From positions 7,341 to 71,340 of IMG/VR virus record IMGVR_UViG_3300020045_009568: a stretch of DNA of 64,000 nt; one strand, written 5' to 3'. This DNA is from a virus (Duplodnaviria; Caudoviricetes). The notes under the pieces were generated by a model, which was not told the origin of the DNA, made no database searches, and saw only the letters and a program-made list of their open reading frames with translations. Both the position numbers and the translations under genes were made by a program. The first letter of the stretch is position 1. Each line of letters starts with the position of its first letter. Of the stretch, positions 1 through 7,853 are shown in pieces.

Positions 1-1082
1 GGGTTTATTTTTTCGGTAATCTCTGCCACCCTTGCGCTGATTGCTTCGGGTATTCCACCAGGTCCGGCCAGGATGCTAAACTCATCGGTGCATTCAAACT
101 TTACAAGAGATCCGAGATATTCAGGAACTTCTTTATCGCTGATATTGTCCAGATTATAGCCAGTTTCAGCAGAGCAAAACTTTGCGCCGGTAAAAGTGGC
201 AATATCTTTCAGCACATCACGGGTGCCACGAATACCCAACGAAAGGGAAACAGCGCAAACTTCCAGCCCCTTTGGAATATTTGCGTTAAGAGTGCCCAGC
301 GCTTCGCCTGCAATATCTGTACAGAAAATAATCAGCGGGAGTTTTGCTTCGTGGGCATAATCCAAAAACTTCATCATATCCCCGTTTTTGGTGATTGCTT
401 TATCTGTTACAAAAACCAACGGCGCAGCATAAGCGCAACCGATAGTATTAGGAATGTTGGCGAAGTACTGGCTGGCATAACCCATATCTAAGCGCATGCC
501 GGCAACAGTTTCCAAATAGGTTTGTTTTTGCGTTTCACGAACACTGATTGCCACACCCGGACCAACCTTTTCATAAGCCTCTGCGATCATGCCGCCGATA
601 AATGTATCTCCATTGGCAGAAGTGGTTGCCAGCTGCGAAATCTTTTTAATATCCGGCTTACCATCCACCACCAGCGGAACAGCTATTTTTTTTATCTCTT
701 CAACACATAAAGCCAACTCTTCAACCAATTGCTTTTTAAGATCAACAATGTTTTGCCCTGACTTCATGCGCCTGTTCACCTCATTGATCAGGTTGTAAAG
801 CAGCACAGTTGAAGTTGTAGTACCATCTCCAGCGTCTTTTACCGTCTTGTTGGCCGCTTCCCGGAAGATTTTAATTGCTGCATTGATAAACTGATCATCG
901 GTGCACTCAATTTCATTTGCCACTGTCACACCATCCTTTGTGTACCGGCCACGATCCAGCAAGTTTGATATTATAACTGTCTTACCCTTTGGGCCCATGG
1001 TACATGCTACTGGCTTGTAAAGCATTTCTGCACCAGCTAACATTTTTTCCCGGGCTTCGTCGCCAAAAATTAATTTTTTCAT
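1..1082 (-). CDS. groEL: Phage GroEL-like chaperonin, 5' part (runs off the window)
   Basis: Manual translation from ATG at 1082: MKKLIFGDEAREKMLAGAEMLYKPVACTMGPKGKTVII...TKDGVTVANEI...DAGDGTTTSTVL. Has the GPKG, KDGVTVA and GDGTTT chaperonin motifs; open to position 1; start overlaps the groES stop (ATGA). Confidence 0.93.
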   Translation of the reverse strand, partial: MKKLIFGDEAREKMLAGAEMLYKPVACTMGPKGKTVIISNLLDRGRYTKDGVTVANEIECTDDQFINAAIKIFREAANKTVKDAGDGTTTSTVLLYNLINEVNRRMKSGQNIVDLKKQLVEELALCVEEIKKIAVPLVVDGKPDIKKISQLATTSANGDTFIGGMIAEAYEKVGPGVAISVRETQKQTYLETVAGMRLDMGYASQYFANIPNTIGCAYAAPLVFVTDKAITKNGDMMKFLDYAHEAKLPLIIFCTDIAGEALGTLNANIPKGLEVCAVSLSLGIRGTRDVLKDIATFTGAKFCSAETGYNLDNISDKEVPEYLGSLVKFECTDEFSILAGPGGIPEAISARVAEITEKIN

Positions 1083-1333
1083 AGTACGCAGATCAATTGT
1101 TTTTCTTCAAAAAATAAACCATCAACACCCTCATGATGAAATGGGTTGCCCTGGCCTTTCTCATACAACACTGTTGCTCCCGGCTTCAATGCATCGGCGC
1201 AGGTGGTGCCCACAAATAAAACCTTGCCTTTTAACAAGCTGGAAACTGGTATTTTAATATTTGTTTGGCTGGACTGAGCCTCATTAATTGGCTCTACATA
1301 TACTTTTGAAAAGAGGGGTTGCAGGGGATTCAT
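1079..1333 (-). CDS. groES: GroES-like co-chaperonin
   Basis: MNPLQPLFSKVYVEP...KGKVLFVG...LKPGATVLY...FFEEKQLICVL follows the Cpn10 pattern; directly upstream of and coupled to groEL. ATG at 1333 preferred over TTG at 1351. Confidence 0.8.
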   Translation of the reverse strand: MNPLQPLFSKVYVEPINEAQSSQTNIKIPVSSLLKGKVLFVGTTCADALKPGATVLYEKGQGNPFHHEGVDGLFFEEKQLICVL

Positions 1334-1340
1334 GGATTCA

Positions 1341-1359
1341 AAGTTATACAATATAACTT
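1341..1359. promoter_or_regulatory. AAGTTA-N7-TAACTT palindrome (operator-like), copy 1
   Basis: aagtta tacaata taactt; overlaps a minus-strand TAACTTTG (TAnnTTTG) box just upstream of groES. Confidence 0.65.
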
Positions 1360-1537
1360 TTTTACAAAAAATATTTGTGCGGACAGGGGACCGGGACCGT
1401 TATTTTAGCGAAGATCACCATAGCCCAGCAGTGGTAATTTCTCTTTTACTTTTGTGGTTTTATTGTCGTTCTTTTTCATTAGCGCAAAGCAAATTTTAAG
1501 AGGGTTTTTAAGCTAATCTGCTGCATTGAAACCTGTC

Positions 1538-1566
1538 GTCGCTCATAACTAACTTTTATGTTAAAC
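1538..1566 (+). other. dif/Xer-like site (E1 left)
   Basis: gtcgctcataa ctaactt ttatgttaaac versus E. coli dif ggtgcgcataa tgtata ttatgttaaat (8/11 and 10/11 arm matches, 7-bp spacer). Confidence 0.55.
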
Positions 1567-1688
1567 ACGGCGCACGGCCTACGTTTCATCGCTTAAGAGT
1601 AAAATGTATTTTTCTTTTTTTACCCTCGCTACATGCAATAGATTATGTAGGAGATTTTAGCGTAAATTGCAAATAACTAAAACAATCA

Positions 1689-1937
1689 ATGATGAAGTTC
1701 AATATTGGGCATAGCCTTAATCAAAACAAAGAAGAGTGGAATTTATTTAATGACTTTTTAGAAACTCTTTCAAGTGAATATGCGGATGAATTTAAAAAGG
1801 AAATGTACAGCAATGAAAGATTTATGGCGGTTGGCATAAGCGGGAAACCAGCAGACATAACATACGCATTCAATCCGAGCGTCCCGGATGAAATTCAACG
1901 TAAGATTGTAAGTAAACTAAAGGAGATTTTCCCTTAA
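1689..1937 (+). CDS. Small hypothetical cargo protein in E1 (82 aa)
   Basis: Intact ORF behind an A-rich leader and a gattttagcg-taaattgc motif shared with E2; opposite strand to the flanking phage genes. Confidence 0.7.
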   Translation: MMKFNIGHSLNQNKEEWNLFNDFLETLSSEYADEFKKEMYSNERFMAVGISGKPADITYAFNPSVPDEIQRKIVSKLKEIFP

Positions 1938-2096
1938 CTCAAGGGCATGTTTGAATGAATCTGTAGATTCAATAATTGAAATGAAATTTTCCTTGTCGTA
2001 AATAACTCCAACTCCATTTATATCAATCGTTACTTTATTTTCGGTAACGTCAATTTGTAGTTTTTTTTCGGAGACAATTTCTTTTTCGCTTGACAT
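1917..2096 (-). CDS. Possible second small cargo ORF in E1 (59 aa, MSSEKEIVSEKK...)
   Basis: Internal ATG of track ORF 1917..2381; protein-like composition; convergent with 1689..1937. Confidence 0.4.
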   Translation of the reverse strand: MSSEKEIVSEKKLQIDVTENKVTIDINGVGVIYDKENFISIIESTDSFKHALELRENLL

Positions 2097-2314
2097 GGGA
2101 TTTTTGTACTTTTTTTTATCATTGCGCAAAAACAAACCGTTCCGGTTTAAAGAGAGCCTCCGGCGCTTCAAAAAAGAAAAATACATTTCCCTCTTTCGCT
2201 CCGCCAACTGCACGGCGAAAAGTTTGAAAAAAAATATAACTTTTCGCTGCCACGCTTCTCCTTGCCCTACCCCTCCCACGTCACTTTGTTCGCCAACCCT
2301 GTTTTTCGGCGTGC

Positions 2315-2343
2315 CGCCAACATAATATTGAGTTATGATCAAC
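2315..2343 (-). other. dif/Xer-like site (E1 right, inverted)
   Basis: Reverse complement reads gttgatcataa ctcaata ttatgttggcg (cataa-N7-ttatgtt core). Confidence 0.45.
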
Positions 2344-2504
2344 GGACAGGTTATTCTTTTGTGGGTGGCTTTACAAGCCACGTGGGCAGCAGATTACTGC
2401 GATTATTTTTTCTTTTTTTGGTTGAATTTTGTTGTTAAAAATAATCGCAGGGCTTAAAAACCCTCTTAAAATTTGCTTTGCGCTAATGAAAAAGAACGAC
2501 CACG

Positions 2505-2523
2505 AAGTTATGTATTGTAACTT
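2505..2523. promoter_or_regulatory. AAGTTA-N7-TAACTT palindrome, copy 2
   Basis: aagtta tgtattg taactt between the E1 right IR and the integrase stop. Confidence 0.6.
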
Positions 2524-2540
2524 ACCAACCAAATATTATT

Positions 2541-4100
2541 TCAACCAGCCAGCGCAGCCGCAAAATCCTCCAACAGTTGTCCGTCAGTTAGGATGCGGAT
2601 ACCATCCTCAAATAAAGCGTCTTTTATGGACGCTTTATTTATTTCCAGCAAACCTAATTCTTTTAAAGTCAATGCTTTATCTGCAAAAAGTGGGTGTATT
2701 CCGGCAGTTGTCCAAATTCCATCAGAATAGTGACCATACCCGGACAAAACAACTTTTAAAAACAGTTGCTTGCGTATCAGGTCAAGTTCGTGAAATGATT
2801 TTTTAAGGGTGCCCAGCTTTGTTAAAACCTCATCCAGCTTGTAGTTCAGCGCCGTGGTATCTTTCGTTGCGTTCGCCAATTGTTCCTCCAAACCCGTTTC
2901 CTCCGCCCGTAGCTCATTCATTATTTTACTGTACACTAAAACATCAATATCAGGGTTTAAAAGGTACCTGCTTTGCGTGGTGGCAATCTTTGCCTTCACC
3001 TTGTCCATTTGCATCTTTAGCCGCATGATAACGCCACCTTTGTCCTTGCTGTGCTTTTCAATGGATTGGTTCAGGGCTTCCCGGATAGCCTGAATTGATT
3101 TTTCAGGTACCGCCAGCACATCCAGCATTTTATCCATGGATGCATGCACTTTGGCAGCGGAGAAGTTTTTACGGTGGGTATCACATTTGTAATACCAGTA
3201 AAACCGTGAGTAACCTTTGGACCGGCCAGCAGTCATTTTTCTGCCACACTCCGGGCAGATCATCCAGCCACGCAGATAAACATCCTCTGCAGGCTGGTGG
3301 CTGTTATTTTTGCCGTTTAATTTAACCTGAGCGGTGTAGTACTCTGATTTTGTAATAATGGGCTTATGGATTGCTTCTACTTCGTATCCGGGCTTTCCTT
3401 TATAAGCTGGCACCTGAATAATACCGGCATAGATACTCCGCTCCAAAATATCCCGGATTGCGGACCGGTTAGTTTGCGTAAATTCCGGAATCTTACGCTT
3501 TATTTCAAACATGGGTACGCCCTGGTTGAAGAGCTTGAAAATCTTTTTTACAATTTCTGCTTTGTGGGGGTCAATAACGATCATGGAGCTTTTACCCTGC
3601 CGGTTGTTGAGGTAGCCATACGGCGCTTTCCCAGTAAACCGTCCGCTGGCCAATGTCCGATACATGCCATCTTTGGTACGTTCCTGTATCCTGTTCCTTT
3701 CGTTGTTGGAGAATAGTAAATTTATGGTCCGCATCAGCTGCACGCCCAAATCCTTGTTGTTCTGGCCGACCGGATCTGTAACACTCAGGACCTTTACGCC
3801 CAGTTTATCTTCAATCTCATTGAGCTTCACCAGTGCATCCAGCAGGGTAGCCCGGGAAAACCGATCAATGTGGTAGATAACCAGCGCAAAAACCTTTTTA
3901 TTAGTTTTGATGTATTGCTCCAGCGCCTTCCATTCTGGCCGGTCAAAGGTAAAACCGCTCTTGCCGTTCTCTACAAATGCTTTTGCAATAGTTAATCCAT
4001 TGGCTTTGCAGTAGGCTTTCATTTGCTCATCCTGCATATCCAGGCTATTCGACTGGTCGGTTGTTGAAAGTCTGCTATAGGTAACTACCAGGCTGCTCAT
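2541..4100 (-). CDS. Large serine recombinase (phage integrase)
   Basis: N-terminal resolvase motif YSRLST and DRFSR, recombinase domain GRFTGKAPYGY, zinc ribbon CPECG...YYKC, coiled coil; 519 aa. Confidence 0.95.
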   Translation of the reverse strand: MSSLVVTYSRLSTTDQSNSLDMQDEQMKAYCKANGLTIAKAFVENGKSGFTFDRPEWKALEQYIKTNKKVFALVIYHIDRFSRATLLDALVKLNEIEDKLGVKVLSVTDPVGQNNKDLGVQLMRTINLLFSNNERNRIQERTKDGMYRTLASGRFTGKAPYGYLNNRQGKSSMIVIDPHKAEIVKKIFKLFNQGVPMFEIKRKIPEFTQTNRSAIRDILERSIYAGIIQVPAYKGKPGYEVEAIHKPIITKSEYYTAQVKLNGKNNSHQPAEDVYLRGWMICPECGRKMTAGRSKGYSRFYWYYKCDTHRKNFSAAKVHASMDKMLDVLAVPEKSIQAIREALNQSIEKHSKDKGGVIMRLKMQMDKVKAKIATTQSRYLLNPDIDVLVYSKIMNELRAEETGLEEQLANATKDTTALNYKLDEVLTKLGTLKKSFHELDLIRKQLFLKVVLSGYGHYSDGIWTTAGIHPLFADKALTLKELGLLEINKASIKDALFEDGIRILTDGQLLEDFAAALAG

Positions 4101-4103
4101 ACA

Positions 4104-4466
4104 CTACCATTTTGACATCGGCGCAATAATCAGCCTTGCCACCGATACAGAAACAATTAAGGTTAACATGCGAACTGCACCCAAAAAATCCCCATCGTTA
4201 ACATTCATAACCATTAACACTACCCCGAAAATTAACATGGCAGATTGCAGTATAATGCTACCTGTGATTTTATTTGGTGCAATTTTAACACCAGCCAGCA
4301 TATACAGCGCAGAACCAATGATCACATTCACGAAAGAAAAAACGTACATCCTGTTAAAGTCAAGTCGGACGCACACTTGAAAGAAAATATATACCCATAG
4401 TGAAAATACCGCTATCGCTGTCGGAAGAAACAAAACCCAGCGTATAGTCTTGGTTGTTATCCCCAT
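4104..4466 (-). CDS. Multi-pass membrane protein (possible superinfection exclusion)
   Basis: About four hydrophobic segments; lies between repressor and integrase, where immunity-region morons often sit. Confidence 0.65.
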   Translation of the reverse strand: MGITTKTIRWVLFLPTAIAVFSLWVYIFFQVCVRLDFNRMYVFSFVNVIIGSALYMLAGVKIAPNKITGSIILQSAMLIFGVVLMVMNVNDGDFLGAVRMLTLIVSVSVARLIIAPMSKW

Positions 4467-4603
4467 TCTGTTTAATGTTTATACGGGTTATAAGATTTAT
4501 TAATTAATATTTTGAATATTATATTTTAATCTCAGTATATTGCTAATCCCTATTTCTTTTACACCTTAACCGCTTACCATGCCGCCCAAAAAAACCAAGA
4601 AGC

Positions 4604-4969
4604 CTAAACTCCACCTGCAGCTTGTTTTGCAGCTAATTTCAAAATATTCTCTACCTCTAAAGATGCCTGCGAGAAAGAAACGCCGTAAATTTTAGCATGA
4701 TGTTCGGCGCATAGATTCTTCAACCCCCTCACCATCGCAACCAAGGCCGCTAATTCCAATCCGTTATCCGTATCATCTATCCCGTATAATTCTGAAAACT
4801 TTGTGTAAACTTCATGCGGCACGTTTCTACGCCCATTTATGATATTGCTAAACACGCTTTTCCCTACCTCTAAATTGTCTATTATCTCTGTAAAATTCTT
4901 CACTGCACCTTTATCTATCAGGGAATTTACCGCAGTTATAAATTTTTTTGTCTTTAAATTTTGTTCCAA
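4604..4969 (-). CDS. CI-like XRE helix-turn-helix repressor
   Basis: NFTEIIDNLEVGKSVFSNIINGRRNVP HTH pattern; divergent from a Cro-like gene, same orientation as the integrase. Confidence 0.8.
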   Translation of the reverse strand: MEQNLKTKKFITAVNSLIDKGAVKNFTEIIDNLEVGKSVFSNIINGRRNVPHEVYTKFSELYGIDDTDNGLELAALVAMVRGLKNLCAEHHAKIYGVSFSQASLEVENILKLAAKQAAGGV

Positions 4970-5074
4970 GGTATTGGTTTGTAATATGTTATAAAATTAC
5001 ACAAAATGCTGATAAAAAAAGTTGCCGGAAATGTTCCATTTAATTTGCAATTATGAAAACTTCTTGCTTACTTT

Positions 5075-5332
5075 GTGGAAACAAAACGAAAAAAGATGGT
5101 CGGTTTTGAACAAAAAGTCACCAACACCTTAGTATCACTTTCAAAACACTTTTCTAAAAATGATATAAAGGACGCCGCCTTGGTACTTAATATACACTAC
5201 AACACTATTGCAAAATATTTCAAAGGAAATGTTGCAAAAGTTGCGATAGCAATGAAAATCATAAACCATTTTTCAGGAATACTGGCTGAGAGAAAAAGGG
5301 ATTTAAAGAGAGCGGAAGCGCTTGCCGCATAG
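5075..5332 (+). CDS. Cro-like HTH regulator
   Basis: IKDAALVLNIHYNTIAKYFKG HTH pattern; small and basic; divergent from CI; TTACTTTG upstream contains a TAnnTTTG-like box. Confidence 0.7.
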   Translation: METKRKKMVGFEQKVTNTLVSLSKHFSKNDIKDAALVLNIHYNTIAKYFKGNVAKVAIAMKIINHFSGILAERKRDLKRAEALAA

Positions 5333-5541
5333 CATTCATCGGACGGAACTGCAATGCAATATAGTACAACTTTTTTAAACAATTGTAAACTTTTTGAATA
5401 TTAACAAAATTGAACACGTCGCTCCCGATACTGAACGATTTTGAACTTCTTCTGGCCAGCTTCATAGCCGAGGATTTAGGAATAGAAGAAGCGTTTTTAT
5501 CCGTACTAAATGATTGACAAAATTAACCCCAACAAAGCGTC

Positions 5542-6542
5542 ATGATTATAGTAAACTCCAAACAATCCCCAACAAAAAGCCTTGACAACTACGGTCATTG
5601 GCAATTAAGCACCTACGGTAATATAATCTGCAGTGCAGATAAACCCGCTCCGCTGCCAAGGGATCAGTTTGATGTTTGGTATAACAGAGAAGCGCAACTG
5701 GAAGAATTACGATTGCAAAATTAAACCCCCCTTTATACGATGGCTGCCAAATTAATCTACTTATTCAAAATGCTTTCAGCATTTGTTGTACTGGTGTTTA
5801 CTCTCCCTTATATAAATACCAATGAATCATTTTCAACAATAGACGAAGAAGAATAACCATGTTCATACAACCCGATAAAGAATACTGGCATGAGTGGCGT
5901 ATATGGTGGTACTCCAAAAGACTGGGCGAAGAAAAGAGGCCAGGTGCGATAAAGTTTTTGATGCAACAACTTAAAGGATTTTTAAACTAACATAATGAAG
6001 AAAATAACATTTCAAACAGCCATTCTTGCGATCTGCTACATAGCGCTGATGTGGATTTTTTGGCTCCCCGATACAATGACCTATACAGAACCACGGCACG
6101 AGAATGCAATGAAGTGCTGGTATGAGGTTTACGGGTATGCCTCAATCATAATTATTTTTTGTTGCGCTGGCGCATATATCTATCAGGCGGCCGGTAAACT
6201 TTACGACTACTTAAGAAAATAACATAATGGATTTAGGACAGGATATATGTATGGCTCTTTCAGCACTTGCGCTGGCTTTATTGATTGGTTTTTTTATCTG
6301 GCTGTTACGCCAGGCATTTAAAAATAACTAATGGGCATACTTGCTTTCATAGGCTTTTGTTCAATCGTTGGCACAGCAATGCTGCTAACACAAAAACACA
6401 GACAATGATATTAGGTACTATACGATTTGCTTTTATGTGGGTTGCTTTCCCTTTTGCCTTACTGGTAATGCTTTTTGCAATTCCGGTAGGAGCGTGGAGA
6501 TTTTTAACTCATAACGGCAATGGCTATAGTCCTTACAACTGA
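5542..6542 (+). CDS. String of small early ORFs, mostly hydrophobic micro-proteins
   Basis: ORFs 5542-5724, 5740-5856, 5995-6222, 6227-6331, 6331-6408, 6405-6542; the last three are joined by TAATG/ATGA stop-start overlaps. Confidence 0.6.
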
Positions 6543-6632
6543 CTTGCTAACCCAAGTTTTAGAGGGTCGTTTCGTAGGGTGGCGGTTACCGCCGTCACTC
6601 TTTTTAAAAAATGAAAAACCAATTCACTCAAC

Positions 6633-6926
6633 ATGAACAATATCAATTTCCCAAAGATCAAGGCAGCAGCCCTTGTCCTTCGCTCAGTCAATCACAAATT
6701 AAGACAGCAGATTTTAGAAGCCATCAATAAGAATGGCAACCGCATGTGTGTAACAGATATATACGTTGGCCTTCGTATCGAACAATCCGTGGCATCACAA
6801 CACCTGGCAATCTTAAGAAAGTCCGGAGTTATAGAGCCAGAAAAAAAAGATAAGAGAGTTTTCTATTCAGTGAATTTTAAAAGACTGAATGAGATCAATA
6901 ATAAAGCCACCGACCTGGTGGGTTAA
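6633..6926 (+). CDS. ArsR/SmtB-family transcriptional regulator
   Basis: LRSVNHKLRQQIL...VTDIYVGLRIEQSVASQHLAILRKSGVI...VFYSVN winged-HTH signature. Confidence 0.9.
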   Translation: MNNINFPKIKAAALVLRSVNHKLRQQILEAINKNGNRMCVTDIYVGLRIEQSVASQHLAILRKSGVIEPEKKDKRVFYSVNFKRLNEINNKATDLVG

Positions 6927-6976
6927 GAAATGAATAAAGCTGTCAAAAATATTCAATAAACAATCATTGACAGGGA

Positions 6977-7050
6977 TGGCAAGTAGCTCAGTTGGCTAGA
7001 GCGTTTGACGGTTAATCAGAAGGTCGCTGGTTCAAGCCCAGCCTTGCTAA
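6977..7050 (+). tRNA. tRNA-Asn(GTT) with G33; CCA not encoded
   Basis: Cloverleaf: acceptor TGGCAAG/CTTGCTA, D stem GCTC/GAGC, anticodon stem TTTGA/TCAGA with loop CGGTTAA, T arm GCTGG-TTCAAGC-CCAGC. Confidence 0.85.
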
Positions 7051-7069
7051 CAACGTCATACACAGAGAG

Positions 7070-7256
7070 AAGGATGGAATGCTAAGGTGAAAGTCCTTAG
7101 CTATGCGTCACCGGCTAAATCGGGTGATAATCGCAGCGTAACTGCCGAAGCTAATCAAAGGGAAGTGGAATTGCTGCCCATCCTTTGAAGGTGACCTGTA
7201 GCAAATTAAATCGCTGCATGTGGTGGCACATGCTACAGCCGGGTAAGACCGGCTTT
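7070..7256 (+). ncRNA. Unclassified structured RNA between tRNA and tmRNA
   Basis: aaggatgg/ccatcctt closing helix; gctaagg-tgaaagt-ccttagc, tcacc..ggtga, tgtagca/tgctaca, gcatgtg/cacatgc and agccgg-gtaaga-ccggct hairpins; no long ORF. Confidence 0.55.
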
Positions 7257-7285
7257 ATAAAGAAGTTCTTTGATCAAACATAAAT

Positions 7286-7347
7286 GATAGTTGCCTGACG
7301 GCTATTAGACGCTTATTCGGACGGGGGTTCGATACCTCCCACCTCCA
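7286..7347 (+). ncRNA. ssrA: tmRNA acceptor piece (standard 3' end) of a permuted ssrA
   Basis: ttcggac GGGGG TTCGATA CCTCC CACCTCC A: GGAC motif, T arm, 3' acceptor strand and discriminator A. The 5' boundary is approximate. Confidence 0.8.
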
Positions 7348-7505
7348 CAAGATTACACCTTGCCCAGTTTTGGTCCGCTGGCTTTTGCTGATTGAACCAT
7401 TAAGCGAAAGTTTAAAAAGATGAGAAGGTGTAATCTACTTTATTTGGCAGTTGCCATTTGAAAGCTAACCAGCCGCTTTAGTGCTGTTCAGCCTTCGGGC
7501 TGTTT

Positions 7506-7650
7506 GGGGGTGAATGGTTTTGACGGTAAGTAGTAGGTAGCAATAGACTATCAGTAACAAAACAAAAGGCAAAGTAATCGCCTTTGGTAAGCCGCAGCTT
7601 AGAGCAGCCGCCTAACCAACGAAACTGGCCCCCGCCGTAAAAGGGGGCTA
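7506..7650 (+). ncRNA. ssrA: tmRNA coding piece (standard 5' end plus tag ORF) of a permuted ssrA
   Basis: GGGGGTG AATGGTTTTGAC pairs with CACCTCC giving G3.U70; tag frame 7568-7615 GKVIAFGKPQLRAAA*; hairpin ggccccc..gggggct follows. The 3' boundary is approximate. Confidence 0.8.
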
Positions 7651-7853
7651 TTTTAAACTTTTTTTCTTGGCAGTGCAATCGTTTAACCCGGTGTTGTTTT
7701 TACATCTGCCGGCTATTTTAAAAAATTGTTTTGATCAACATAAAGAGAATGTTTTTCTATAGGAGGAAAAACAGTTTGTTCAACTAGGGCTGCGTTTCTA
7801 CGCTGGCCCGCTTATTAAGTCACTTATTTATTCATCATAAAAAACAAAGCACA

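Larger units (their letters stand above)
1465..2500. mobile_element. Fold-back cassette E1 bounded by a perfect 49-bp inverted repeat, with nested inner IRs
   Basis: 1465-1513 is the exact reverse complement of 2452-2500. Inner IR pairs: 1514-1524/2386-2396, 1538-1566/2315-2343 (imperfect), 1602-1620/2170-2188. Flanks homologous to cassette E2. Confidence 0.75.

Noticed and set aside
522-798. Plus-strand ORFs 522..710 and 589..798
   Set aside because: Antisense shadows of the minus-strand groEL frame.
2097-2381. Long version of ORF 1917..2381 and ORF 2095..2325
   Set aside because: They run through the conserved non-coding right arm of E1; only the part from ATG 2096 looks protein-like.
4579-4695. 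Short basic plus-strand ORF overlapping the CI 3' end
   Set aside because: 38 codons, antisense to the repressor, no supporting similarity.
7320-7350. tmRNA 3' fragment as a mere attP remnant
   Set aside because: A complementary 5' half, helix pairing and tag ORF are present downstream, and the only integrase is serine-type, which does not typically use tRNA/tmRNA duplications.
7478-7678. Minus-strand 66-aa ORF
   Set aside because: Lies antisense to the tmRNA coding piece; no protein features.
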